Part shown: positions 7,915 to 16,134 of the stretch, piece by piece
Position numbering within the stretch: position 1 is the first letter of the stretch
Layout of the letters: the number at the start of each line of letters is the position of its first letter
DNA from: Archaeoglobus fulgidus DSM 4304
GTDB taxonomy: Archaea > Halobacteriota > Archaeoglobi > Archaeoglobales > Archaeoglobaceae
NCBI RefSeq assembly: GCF_000008665.1
Contig: NC_000917.1
Location: 480,001-512,000, forward strand
Length of the DNA stretch: 32,000 bases
Direction of reading: 5' to 3'
Made by a program: the position numbers and the translations under genes
The notes under the pieces: model-generated
What the model was told of the DNA's origin: nothing
Seen by the model: only the letters and a program-made list of their open reading frames with translations
The model's database searches: none

Positions 7915-9015
7915 ATGAAATCAATCGTTGAGGAGGCTCTTGCAAGGGCTGAGAGAGAAAAGAAAGAAAGGATAGAAGGAAGGGGTTTTGAGGACGTGGA
8001 GGATGAAATACTGCAAGTGCTGCATGAGCTGAAGACTGTAATCAAGGTCATAGGCGTTGGAGGTGGCGGCTGCAACACCATAACAAGAATGTACGAAGAG
8101 GGAATAGAGGGTGCGGAGCTTATAGCCCTCAACACCGATGTCCAGCACCTTTACTACACAAAGGCCAACAGGAGAATTTTGATAGGGAAAAGAAGAACCA
8201 GAGGTCTGGGTGCTGGAAGCCTGCCGCAGGTTGGCGAGGAGGCTGCGAGAGAAAGCGAGGACGAGATAAAGAAGCTTGTAGAGGGCTCGGATATGGTATT
8301 CGTTACCTGCGGCCTCGGCGGTGGAACGGGAACTGGAGCGGCACCTGTTGTTGCTGAGGCTGCGCAGGAGGCAGGGGCGCTTACGATTGCAGTCGTAACC
8401 TTCCCGTTCTCGGCTGAGGGAGCTGTAAGAAGGGCGAACGCCGAAGCTGGACTGGAGAGGCTGAGGGAGGTTGCCGACACGGTAATCGTAATCCCGAACG
8501 ACAGGCTTCTTGAAGTAGTTCCGAACTATCCGATGCAGCTCGCCTTTAAGGTGGCAGATGAAATTTTGATGAGGGCAGTTAAGGGCATTACGGAGCTTAT
8601 AACCAAGCCTGCACTAATCAACCTCGACTTTGCTGATGTAAGGACAGTGATGGAGAAGGGCGGAGTTGCAATGATTGGTCTCGGAGAGGCAAGTGGTGAG
8701 GACAAGGCTGCGGAGTCTGTCAGAAAGGCTCTGAAGAGCCCGCTTCTCGACGTGGATGTTTCAGGAGCCAAGGCAGCGCTCGTCAACGTTACTGGCGGGC
8801 CCGACATGACCATTGAGGAGGCTGAGAGCGTAATTGAGGAGATTTACAGCAAGGTCGACCCTGATGCAAGAATCATATGGGGAGCCATGATTGACCCGGA
8901 GCTTGAGAACACCATGAGGACGCTGATCATCGTTACGGGTGTGAAAAGCCCGCAGATACTCGGTAGGAAGGGTTATCCTGTCACAAGAAAGTACGGGATT
9001 GACTTTGTAAGATAA
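7915..9015 (+). CDS. ftsZ: cell division protein FtsZ
   Basis: The tubulin signature '[13 protein letters not shown]' and 'GVGGGGCN' are present. The ATG at 7915 is preceded by GGGGGAT (7904-7910). Alternative starts at 7891 (TTG) and 7909 (ATG) cannot be excluded. Confidence 0.9.
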   Translation: MKSIVEEALARAEREKKERIEGRGFEDVEDEILQVLHELKTVIKVIGVGGGGCNTITRMYEEGIEGAELIALNTDVQHLYYTKANRRILIGKRRTRGLGAGSLPQVGEEAARESEDEIKKLVEGSDMVFVTCGLGGGTGTGAAPVVAEAAQEAGALTIAVVTFPFSAEGAVRRANAEAGLERLREVADTVIVIPNDRLLEVVPNYPMQLAFKVADEILMRAVKGITELITKPALINLDFADVRTVMEKGGVAMIGLGEASGEDKAAESVRKALKSPLLDVDVSGAKAALVNVTGGPDMTIEEAESVIEEIYSKVDPDARIIWGAMIDPELENTMRTLIIVTGVKSPQILGRKGYPVTRKYGIDFVR

Positions 9016-9027
9016 AGCTTTAAAAAC
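9014..9027 (+). promoter_or_regulatory. BRE/TATA promoter (AAAGCTTTAAAAAC) for secE-spt5-rpl11
   Basis: The TATA centre (~9022) is about 26 nt before the ATG at 9048, which implies a leaderless mRNA. Confidence 0.45.
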
Positions 9028-9047
9028 AGGTTGTGGATATTAGCGGC

Positions 9048-9233
9048 ATGCAGATCAACGAAGTACAGTCGAAGCTCAAGGAGTACTACAATGTCCTGAA
9101 GATGGCGAGGAAGCCCGACTGGGAAGAGTTCTCAATGACCGCGAAGGTGGCCCTCGCCGTAATGTTCATAGTTGGCTTTGTCGGCTTCGTTATTTACATT
9201 CTGATGGAAATACTTCCGGGTGCCCTGAAATGA
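9048..9233 (+). CDS. secE: protein translocase subunit SecE (Sec61-gamma)
   Basis: The 61-aa protein has an amphipathic N-terminus and a single C-terminal TM helix ('VALAVMFIVGFVGFVIYILMEIL'). It sits in the conserved secE-nusG/spt5-L11 gene order. Confidence 0.8.
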   Translation: MQINEVQSKLKEYYNVLKMARKPDWEEFSMTAKVALAVMFIVGFVGFVIYILMEILPGALK

Positions 9234-9682
9234 GCAGGTTCTTTGCTGTTAAGACAACAGCCAACCAGGAGAGGGTTGTGGCCAACTTAATGGACATGGC
9301 AGCGAGGAAGCATAACCTTAAAGTATACTCCATTCTCGCCCCAAAGGAGCTGAAAGGGTACATTATAGTCGAGGCTGAAACACCTGATGACCTCTTGAAG
9401 GCTATAAGAGGTCTGCCGCACGTGAAGGGTGTTGTTAAGGGGGAGATAAGCTTCAGCGAGATAGAGCACTTTCTGACCCCGAAGAAGGCCGCAGAGCAAA
9501 TTAGAGAAGGGGACAAGGTAGAAATCGTCTCCGGGCCATTCAAAGGTGAAATGGCCATCGTCAAAAGGGTGGATGAGGCAAAGAATGAAATAACGGTCGA
9601 GCTTCTTGAAGCTGTTGTGCCAATTCCCGTAACGGTAAAGGCTGATCACGTGAGAGTGATAGACAAGAAGGAGGAGGTGTAA
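9230..9682 (+). CDS. spt5: transcription elongation factor Spt5 (NusG homologue)
   Basis: An NGN domain ('[16 protein letters not shown]...GYIIVEA') is followed by a KOW motif ('[22 protein letters not shown]'). It has an ATGA start/stop overlap with secE. Confidence 0.9.
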   Translation: MSRFFAVKTTANQERVVANLMDMAARKHNLKVYSILAPKELKGYIIVEAETPDDLLKAIRGLPHVKGVVKGEISFSEIEHFLTPKKAAEQIREGDKVEIVSGPFKGEMAIVKRVDEAKNEITVELLEAVVPIPVTVKADHVRVIDKKEEV

Positions 9683-9684
9683 AA

Positions 9685-10158
9685 ATGGTGCAGGTGGTAG
9701 AGGTTCTGGTACCAGGAGGTCAGGCTTCTCCGGGTCCACCTTTGGGTCCGGCAATAGGTCCTCTCGGTTTGAACGTGAAGCAGGTTGTTGACAAAATAAA
9801 CGAGGCTACGAAGGACTACGAGGGGTTGAGCGTTCCGGTCAAAATAATAGTCAAGGACGACAGAAGCTTTGAGATTGAGGTTGGCATCCCTCCAGTTTCA
9901 GCGCTGATTAAAAGGGAGCTGGGGATTGAAAAGGGAGCCTCCAATCCGGGCAGGGAGGTTGTTGGAAACCTCACGATGGAGCAGCTGCTAAACATTGCAA
10001 GGATAAAGAGGCAGCAGTCCCTGTCATACACGCTTAAAGAGGTAGTCAAAGAGGTCCTCGGAACCTGCAACTCGATGGGAATAACCGTTGAGGGCAAAAG
10101 CCCGAAGGAACTCACAAGGATGATTGAAGAGGGACAGGTCGAGATTCCAGAGGAGTAA
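9685..10158 (+). CDS. rpl11: 50S ribosomal protein L11
   Basis: The sequence '[34 protein letters not shown]' is the hallmark L11 N-terminal domain. Confidence 0.95.
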   Translation: MVQVVEVLVPGGQASPGPPLGPAIGPLGLNVKQVVDKINEATKDYEGLSVPVKIIVKDDRSFEIEVGIPPVSALIKRELGIEKGASNPGREVVGNLTMEQLLNIARIKRQQSLSYTLKEVVKEVLGTCNSMGITVEGKSPKELTRMIEEGQVEIPEE

Positions 10159-10165
10159 AGTCAGC

Positions 10166-10861
10166 TCAGGTCTCCGCAGCACAGAAGAGCTCGTATAAGG
10201 CGGAGAAAAGCTCCTCATAACCTGTTTTTTTAATATTTGAAATTTTTATTGGTCTATATGGTATAGTTGTCAGCTCAATAAAATCTACGAGTTTCTCCAT
10301 CAGCTCAGCGAGCACACCCTCTCTGTGCTTAATCTCACCCAGCAATGACCTGACATCTACATCCGCAACATCCGACTTGGTGAAGGCCGTCAAAGTTGGA
10401 AGAGAGAGGCGAAGGGAAACGATAACATCTTGCATTATGGCGGAAAGAAGACTCTCGGGATCGGTGACTGTGGTCAAATCGACCAGAAAGAGCGAGCAGG
10501 AAAAGCTCCCCGAAAGCTCCCTAACGAACTTTCTCCCCGCTTCACTGTAGATGAAGAGCTCAAGCTGCCCCGGCGTGTCGTAGAGCACGAAGTCCCCTTC
10601 CGCCTTCAGCTCTTCAGCGTGTTCCGAAGCAATCTCGACGGATTTAATGAGGGCACCGTTAACGCCAAGCCCGTATTCAACCATAACGTTCTCGGTTTTG
10701 ACGAATTCTCTTACGTTCTTGTCAGCACGGTAAGCCGGGTCGCTTGCGGGGTCGAGGTTAACGCATTTAACGCTGTAGCCCCTCTCCTGCAGGAACTCTG
10801 AGAAGCTTCTCACAAAGGTGCTCTTACCGCTGCCTGCACATCCGAGAACGAACACCTCCAT
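10166..10861 (-). CDS. GPN-loop GTPase family protein, with the eponymous motif reading GVN
   Basis: The P-loop is 'GCAGSGKST'. 'NLDPA' and 'YDTPGQLELF' are also present. The position of the GPN motif reads 'EYGLGVNGAL'. Confidence 0.8.
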   Translation of the reverse strand: MEVFVLGCAGSGKSTFVRSFSEFLQERGYSVKCVNLDPASDPAYRADKNVREFVKTENVMVEYGLGVNGALIKSVEIASEHAEELKAEGDFVLYDTPGQLELFIYSEAGRKFVRELSGSFSCSLFLVDLTTVTDPESLLSAIMQDVIVSLRLSLPTLTAFTKSDVADVDVRSLLGEIKHREGVLAELMEKLVDFIELTTIPYRPIKISNIKKTGYEELFSALYELFCAAET

Positions 10862-10862
10862 T

Positions 10863-11549
10863 CTACCGCCTCATCAGTGCGAAGGCGGAGCCGACTAAAA
10901 AGGATAGCGTTACGAAGAAGAGGGTCTGGAAAAGTTCAAGGTTTGCTGAAGCTCTCGATAACTCCGCATCAATTTTTGTCAGGTTTGCCTGCAAATCCTC
11001 ATTGGTTGCTTGAAGCTGCCTTACAGTTTCGTTCATTTTGGAAAGTTCCAACCTTAGCTCATCAATCAGCTGACTGTAATTTCCCGCCTTAGACTTGTAC
11101 AGCTCAAGCTCCCTCTTCAGCTCATCGTTTTCGGTAGCTAAGTTCTGAAGCTTGTCGTAGAGGTCAACGTTTATTTTGTTCAAAACCTCGAACAGCTTTT
11201 TATAGTAGCTCACTTCACCCTCAAGCCTTTGAACCTCCTTTCTCAAGCTCAAAACTTCATTCTCCGCCTCAACTAAGCTTTCTTCTGGATTTGGGTCCTT
11301 CTCAACCTTGATTGTGATGACATCAGTTGTCGTGTTCGTTCTGATCTCGATTTGCTCGTTTCCGAGGCATGAGTGCGTGATTTTTATCCCATATTCCCCA
11401 GGAGGGAGCGTGGAGGAGTTCTGGAGGGTGTCGAGAAAGTACATGCACTCGTCAAGGGTTACTGTTGCCTGCTCGTTGAGGGTGAGGTTGACAACATCGC
11501 CCTGAAAGGCAGTTGTGGCAGAGATTAAAGCAAGCAGAAGGAGAATCAC
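10863..11549 (-). CDS. hypothetical secreted or membrane-anchored coiled-coil protein
   Basis: An N-terminal signal-like segment 'MILLLLALISATTAFQ' precedes a small Cys-containing domain. About 110 aa of heptad-rich sequence follows ('LRKEVQRLEGEVSYYKKL...LKRELELYKSK...LRLELSKMNETVRQLQATNEDLQANL'). A C-terminal TM anchor 'LFFVTLSFLVGSAFALMRR' closes the protein. It contains several N-x-S/T sequons. Confidence 0.6.
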   Translation of the reverse strand: MILLLLALISATTAFQGDVVNLTLNEQATVTLDECMYFLDTLQNSSTLPPGEYGIKITHSCLGNEQIEIRTNTTTDVITIKVEKDPNPEESLVEAENEVLSLRKEVQRLEGEVSYYKKLFEVLNKINVDLYDKLQNLATENDELKRELELYKSKAGNYSQLIDELRLELSKMNETVRQLQATNEDLQANLTKIDAELSRASANLELFQTLFFVTLSFLVGSAFALMRR

Positions 11550-11959
11550 ACTCCCACCCCCGCTATGCTGCTCTTAACCAGCTTCCAGACCTTTGCAAAA
11601 TCCTCTAAGGAGACAAATTTTCCTTTAATGTAGATGAAAATACCGTTTCCCCTCATCGCGTATCTGTAGTCGCTTCCCGAAACGAGCAGAATTTCCTCGC
11701 TTCCCATGCTCCTCATCAGAGTTCTGATTTCGTCAATCTCGTAGTCGTCAACGCCCTCAACAATTTTTTTATCGCCTGCAATTGCAGCCACGCTTACGAG
11801 GTACTTTGTCATTAGATGGCTGCAAAGCTCTTCAAGCTCCATGGGTCTTAAAATCTCCCTACCCCTGTATCCCTTCATGTTTAGAATTTTGTCAGTTATA
11901 ATAAATCCCGCTACCACTCCTATGACGGCAAGGACAATCTGCCAGCTAATACCGACCAC
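11546..11959 (-). CDS. hypothetical N-terminally membrane-anchored protein (possible Roadblock/LC7-like fold)
   Basis: An N-terminal TM helix 'IVLAVIGVVAGFIIT' is followed by an alternating strand/helix pattern. There is a 4-nt start/stop overlap with the downstream coiled-coil gene. The fold assignment rests on pattern only. Confidence 0.5.
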   Translation of the reverse strand: MVGISWQIVLAVIGVVAGFIITDKILNMKGYRGREILRPMELEELCSHLMTKYLVSVAAIAGDKKIVEGVDDYEIDEIRTLMRSMGSEEILLVSGSDYRYAMRGNGIFIYIKGKFVSLEDFAKVWKLVKSSIAGVGV

Positions 11960-12001
11960 CTTAACTCATGTTAGCAGAAGATTATTTTTAATTTTTCCAT
12001 G

Positions 12002-12014
12002 AAAAGCTTATAAC
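12002..12014 (+). promoter_or_regulatory. BRE/TATA promoter (AAAAGCTTATAAC) for the radical-SAM gene
   Basis: The TATA centre (~12010) is about 26 nt before the ATG at 12036. Confidence 0.4.
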
Positions 12015-12035
12015 TCTTTCACCAAATGTGCCTTA

Positions 12036-12882
12036 ATGTTGGTTTTTGGGCCCGTACCTTCTAGGAGGCTGGGAAACAGCCTTGGTGTTAACAACATTCC
12101 TTTCAAGCACTGCAGCTACTCCTGCGTTTACTGCCAGCTTGGCAGGACGCCAAAAACAACTGTGGAGAGGGGAGAGTTCTACGAACCCAAAGATATTTTA
12201 GATAGCGTAAGGAGAAGGATAGATGCTGTGAGAAAAGAGAAAGTCGACTACATCACCTTTGTGCCCGATGGTGAGCCGACTCTGGACAAAAAATCTCGGT
12301 GCCGAGATTTCGATGCTCAAAGATTTGGGGAGAGTTGCAGTTGTAACCAACTCATCCCTGCTTTTTATGGAAGACGTGAGGCTGGAGTTGAACTTAGCCA
12401 ACCTAGTCTCGCTCAAAGTCGATGCCGTTGATGAATTGCTCTGGCGAAGAGTTAACCGCCCCCATCCAGCCCTTAAGCTTGAAGATATACTCGATGGAAT
12501 TTCAAAGTTTGCCGAGGATTACAACGGCACCCTTATAACCGAAACCATGCTTATTGACGGTCTGACAACTCTGGAGGAGGTAGAAAGAATTGCTGAATTT
12601 CTCGAATCCGTTAGCCCCGATAAAGCGTATCTCGCAATCCCCACCCGGCCCCCTGCAGAAAATGTTAGGGGTGCGGAGATAGATTTCGTGCTTGAGGCGG
12701 GACGGATTTTCAAAAAGCACGTTGATGTGGAACTGCTTATTGAGCCGGAAAAAGGAGAATTTGAAATAAAAAATAAAGAGGACATCTTGGCCATCGCCTC
12801 CGTCCATCCAATTAGAGAAGACATCCTTAAGAGTTATCTGAAGAAACTCGGTTTGGAGTCGAAGAATTGCTCGATGAGCTAG
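12036..12882 (+). pseudogene. radical SAM protein; the frame is broken by an extra A in the A6 run at 12288-12293
   Basis: ORF 12036..12431 carries 'GPVPSRRLGNSLGVN' and the CxxxCxxC motif 'CSYSCVYC'. ORF 12259..12882 continues the protein in the +1 frame. Removing one A gives '...FVPDGEPTLDKNLGAEISMLKDLGRVAVVTNSSLL...'. Confidence 0.8.
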
Positions 12883-12924
12883 AGGAAGAAAAATTTCAGG
12901 GAGCAAAAAATATTTTAAAAAAGT

Positions 12925-14541
12925 TTAATACATTTCAATGAATGGTTCTTCTATATCAACCATCGCATTTACAATTAGCTCCACCAACCCGCCGTAGTAG
13001 ATTCCGCATTTCTCGGTTGCGTTGTAGTGGGTGAGAATGTCCCTGATTGCCCCCTTGCAGTTGCTGCAGGGTGCGCAGACGTACTTGTTTATTTCGGGGG
13101 AGATGCTGTCCTGGAAAGCATCAAGAATTTGCTTAAACTTCATCCTGCTCGCCACCTTAACCCTGAACTCAGGGAAGTTCATGGAGTTCATTATGGCGAA
13201 ACCGCTACCGCCACCACAGCAGTAGTTGTAAACCCCGTTTGGATGCATTTCCCTGAACTGCGGGCAGATTTCGTTGAGAATCCTGCGCTGCGGCTCGACA
13301 ATACCCATCAGCCTAACAACGTTGCACGGATCGTGCAGTGTGACCGGGAAGTTATTCTTCTCCGGGTCGAGGTTAAGCTTCTTTTTCCTCACAATGTCCC
13401 AGAGCAATGGCAGGCAGCTTTCTCTCGGTATCTGGTACTCATCTACGAAAATTCTATCGGCAATGACTGTCAGAGCTTTGTGTGCATGCCCGCACTCTCC
13501 AACCACAATTCTGTTTACATCAAGCTTTCTTGCGATTTCAGCGTGTTTGAGGGCTATCCTTGAGAACTGCACGTCATCATACCAGACTCCGTAGTTAACA
13601 GCATCGTAGCCAACCATCTCACTGCTAAGCGTCCAGTCCAGCCCTGCTTCCTCGAAGATTATGGCGAAGGCAGCGATGTTTTCCGGCCAGCTGAGGTATT
13701 CTCCTGCATTGTGGTAGAGAAGGATGTCCGCTCCTTTTACATCCACGGGTATCTTTATCTTCTTTCCCGTTCTCTCCTCTATCTCCTCCTCAATGAACTC
13801 GATGATGTCTTTAAATCCTTCAGTGGTTAAGCCCGTTGAAGAGCCCTTTTCGAGGTGCTGAACTGTCCCCTGCATGTGCAGGGATGAAGGAGCTATTCCC
13901 ATCTCCTGGCTGAAGAGCTTCCTTATTTCTCTCGTTATCAGGCCGTTGTCTATTCCGAGGGGGCAGGTTTGGGTGCATCTTCTGCAGAGGGTGCATCTGT
14001 AGGCGAGTTCAGCGAGCCTTGTGACGGTCAGAGCGTTCAACTCGATATCAGCACCCGTAAATTTACCAAGCAACCCACCTGTGGGCTGTAGGTATCTTTT
14101 GATTATCCTCCTCAATACTTCCGACCTGTAGGTTGGTCTGTAAATTTCCTTCCTCCCGCTTGACACGAAAATGGGACAGGCTTCACTGCAGGTCTGGCAC
14201 CGGGCGCAGTACTCAAGGGAAAGCATTAAAGGCTGCAAGAATGTCCAGTTTGCCTCCCTGTCAAGGAGCTTTCTCAGCCCGGAAAGGAACCTCTCAACCA
14301 GCTCCTTTTCCTCTTCCTCATTCTGCGGTTTCCAAGGCTCGTCTATGGCTATGTAGCCGTCAAGCTCAGTAACGTACTTCTCGCTCCACTCAGGATTTGG
14401 TTCCTGAAGCTCTGGCTCATCCCCGCTGTCGTAGGGTGGGGGGAGCTTCAGCAAATCCTGAAGATGTATGTAAGCTAGCCTTTCGTATGGTAAGGCTATA
14501 TCCTGAACAGTAATCAACTCGTCCTTCTTCCTCCAAACCAT
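12925..14541 (-). CDS. DsrK/HdrD-like iron-sulfur (CCG-domain) oxidoreductase, tandem paralogue A
   Basis: The 538-aa ORF has two ferredoxin-type motifs ('CARCQTCSEACP', 'CTLCRRCTQTCP'). It also has C-terminal CCG-type cysteine motifs ('HDPCN', 'NYCCGGGSG', 'CAPCSNC'). A GGAGGTGG RBS precedes the ATG at 14541. Confidence 0.8.
   Translation of the reverse strand: MVWRKKDELITVQDIALPYERLAYIHLQDLLKLPPPYDSGDEPELQEPNPEWSEKYVTELDGYIAIDEPWKPQNEEEEKELVERFLSGLRKLLDREANWTFLQPLMLSLEYCARCQTCSEACPIFVSSGRKEIYRPTYRSEVLRRIIKRYLQPTGGLLGKFTGADIELNALTVTRLAELAYRCTLCRRCTQTCPLGIDNGLITREIRKLFSQEMGIAPSSLHMQGTVQHLEKGSSTGLTTEGFKDIIEFIEEEIEERTGKKIKIPVDVKGADILLYHNAGEYLSWPENIAAFAIIFEEAGLDWTLSSEMVGYDAVNYGVWYDDVQFSRIALKHAEIARKLDVNRIVVGECGHAHKALTVIADRIFVDEYQIPRESCLPLLWDIVRKKKLNLDPEKNNFPVTLHDPCNVVRLMGIVEPQRRILNEICPQFREMHPNGVYNYCCGGGSGFAIMNSMNFPEFRVKVASRMKFKQILDAFQDSISPEINKYVCAPCSNCKGAIRDILTHYNATEKCGIYYGGLVELIVNAMVDIEEPFIEMY
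13868..14019. repeat. near-identical tract shared with 15487-15638 (about 96% identity over 152 bp)
   Basis: My manual alignment at offset 1619 found about 6 mismatches, all confined to 13960-13970. Confidence 0.85.
14138..14418. repeat. near-identical tract shared with 15730-16010 (4 mismatches in 281 bp)
   Basis: My manual alignment at offset 1592. The tract encodes the identical peptide 'EPELQEPNPEWSEKYVTELDGYIAIDEPWKPQNEEEEKELVERFLSGLRKLLDREANWTFLQPLMLSLEYCARCQTCSEACPI' in both genes. Confidence 0.9.
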
Positions 14542-14552
14542 TAAACCACCTC

Positions 14553-16118
14553 CTAAACAATACTGAGAATTTTCTTTTCAACGTTCTCAACACAGTTCAA
14601 AACAATCTCAGGGATTCCCACACACTTCATATTGAACCTGTTGAGGCCAAAATGCTTGAGGGCGTGGTTTATTGTCATCTTGCAGTTGCTGCAGGGAGCA
14701 CAGACATACTTCTGCACTTTCTCGCTGACGTCAGAGTTGAAGGCATCTACAATCTGCTTAACTTTAAGCCTGCTCGCTATCCTCGCCCTGAAGTCGGGAA
14801 AGTTCATTGTGTTGATAACTGCAAGCCCCCCTCCTCCGCCGCAGCAGTAGTTTTTCACGCCGCTTGGCTTCATCTCCCTGAACTGGGGGCAGACGTCCTT
14901 CAGAATGTCCCTCTGTGGCTTGATTATGCCTGTAAACCTCGTTATGTAGCAGGGGTCATGAAGGGTGACTGGAAAGTCGTTTAAATCGGCGTCAAATTTG
15001 ATTTCTCTCCTTCTGACAATTTTCCACAGAAGTGGGAGATAGCTCTCAACTGGAAAAAGCTCGACGAAGAACCTTTCAGAAGTCGTCAGCAACGTGCTGT
15101 GCGCATGCCCGCTCTCACCAACCACAATCCTTTCAACGTCAAGCTCACTCGCTACTTTAACATGGCTCAGAGCTATTCTTGCAAGCTGTATATCGTCATA
15201 CCACATTCCATAATTGACCGCATCGAGGGCCGGAGCTTTGCTGCTCAGCGTCCACTCATAGCCAGCCATTTCGAAAATGATTGCCATTGCGGCTATGGTT
15301 TCAGGGTGATGGATGTAGTCCGCAACGCTGTGAATCAGGAGGATGTCAACTCCTTTAACGTCCACTGGAAGATAGTACCTCCTTCCAAGCACCTGACTTA
15401 CCATGAACTCTATCTCTCTGACAAAATCCTCCATTACGATGGGTGTGAAGCCAACGGATGTGCCATCAACAAGCTGCTGCACACTACCCTGCATGTGCAG
15501 GGATGAAGGAGCTATTCCCATCTCCTGGCTGAAGAGCTTCCTTATTTCTCTCGTTATCAGGCCGTTGTCTATTCCGAGTGGACATGCGAGGGTGCATCTT
15601 CTGCAGAGGGTGCATCTGTAGGCGAGTTCAGCGAGCCTCAAAATGGCCTTTACCGTCAGCCTTCCCCTTCTCTTCCCGCCCTTTGTTTCCCTGATGATTT
15701 TTCTGAACATCTCTGACCTGAAGAGGGGGCTGTAAATTTCCTTCCTCCCGCTTGACACGTAAATGGGACAGGCTTCACTGCAGGTCTGGCACCGGGCGCA
15801 GTACTCCAAAGAAAGCATTAAAGGCTGCAAGAATGTCCAGTTTGCCTCCCTGTCAAGGAGCTTTCTCAGCCCGGAAAGGAACCTCTCAACCAGCTCCTTT
15901 TCCTCTTCCTCATTCTGCGGTTTCCAAGGCTCGTCTATGGCTATGTAGCCGTCAAGCTCAGTAACGTACTTCTCGCTCCACTCAGGATTTGGTTCCTGAA
16001 GCTCTGGCTCCTCTGAAAATGGAACGTGGGAAAGTTCGCTCAACCTGAGCCTGAGAATCCTCTTTTCCACCTCACAAAACTCCTCAAAAGAAATAAAGTT
16101 GAAGATGTATTCTGGCAT
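14553..16118 (-). CDS. DsrK/HdrD-like iron-sulfur (CCG-domain) oxidoreductase, tandem paralogue B
   Basis: It has the same motif set as paralogue A ('CARCQTCSEACP', 'CTLCRRCTLACP', 'HDPCY', 'NYCCGGGGG', 'CAPCSNC'). I prefer the ATG at 16118 ('MPEYIFNF') over the track start at 16175, which would overlap the upstream gene. Confidence 0.8.
   Translation of the reverse strand: MPEYIFNFISFEEFCEVEKRILRLRLSELSHVPFSEEPELQEPNPEWSEKYVTELDGYIAIDEPWKPQNEEEEKELVERFLSGLRKLLDREANWTFLQPLMLSLEYCARCQTCSEACPIYVSSGRKEIYSPLFRSEMFRKIIRETKGGKRRGRLTVKAILRLAELAYRCTLCRRCTLACPLGIDNGLITREIRKLFSQEMGIAPSSLHMQGSVQQLVDGTSVGFTPIVMEDFVREIEFMVSQVLGRRYYLPVDVKGVDILLIHSVADYIHHPETIAAMAIIFEMAGYEWTLSSKAPALDAVNYGMWYDDIQLARIALSHVKVASELDVERIVVGESGHAHSTLLTTSERFFVELFPVESYLPLLWKIVRRREIKFDADLNDFPVTLHDPCYITRFTGIIKPQRDILKDVCPQFREMKPSGVKNYCCGGGGGLAVINTMNFPDFRARIASRLKVKQIVDAFNSDVSEKVQKYVCAPCSNCKMTINHALKHFGLNRFNMKCVGIPEIVLNCVENVEKKILSIV
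15487..15638. repeat. partner of repeat 13868-14019
   Basis: See the entry for 13868-14019. Confidence 0.85.
15730..16010. repeat. partner of repeat 14138-14418
   Basis: See the entry for 14138-14418. Confidence 0.9.
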
Positions 16119-16134
16119 CCCCTTACCTCTGTTT

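Noticed and set aside
10159-10165. Expected rpl1-rpl10-rpl12 genes after rpl11
   Set aside because: They are not present. Only 7 nt separate the rpl11 stop from the convergent GPN-GTPase stop, so the ribosomal cluster is genuinely split here, with no missed gene.
13027-15964. Plus-strand ORFs inside the DsrK-like genes, including duplicated pairs (14133..14372 and 15752..15964; 14171..14356 and 15763..15948)
   Set aside because: The duplication of these small ORFs is just a by-product of the near-identical conversion tracts in the minus-strand genes. Their products are Ser/Pro/Ala-rich with no motifs.
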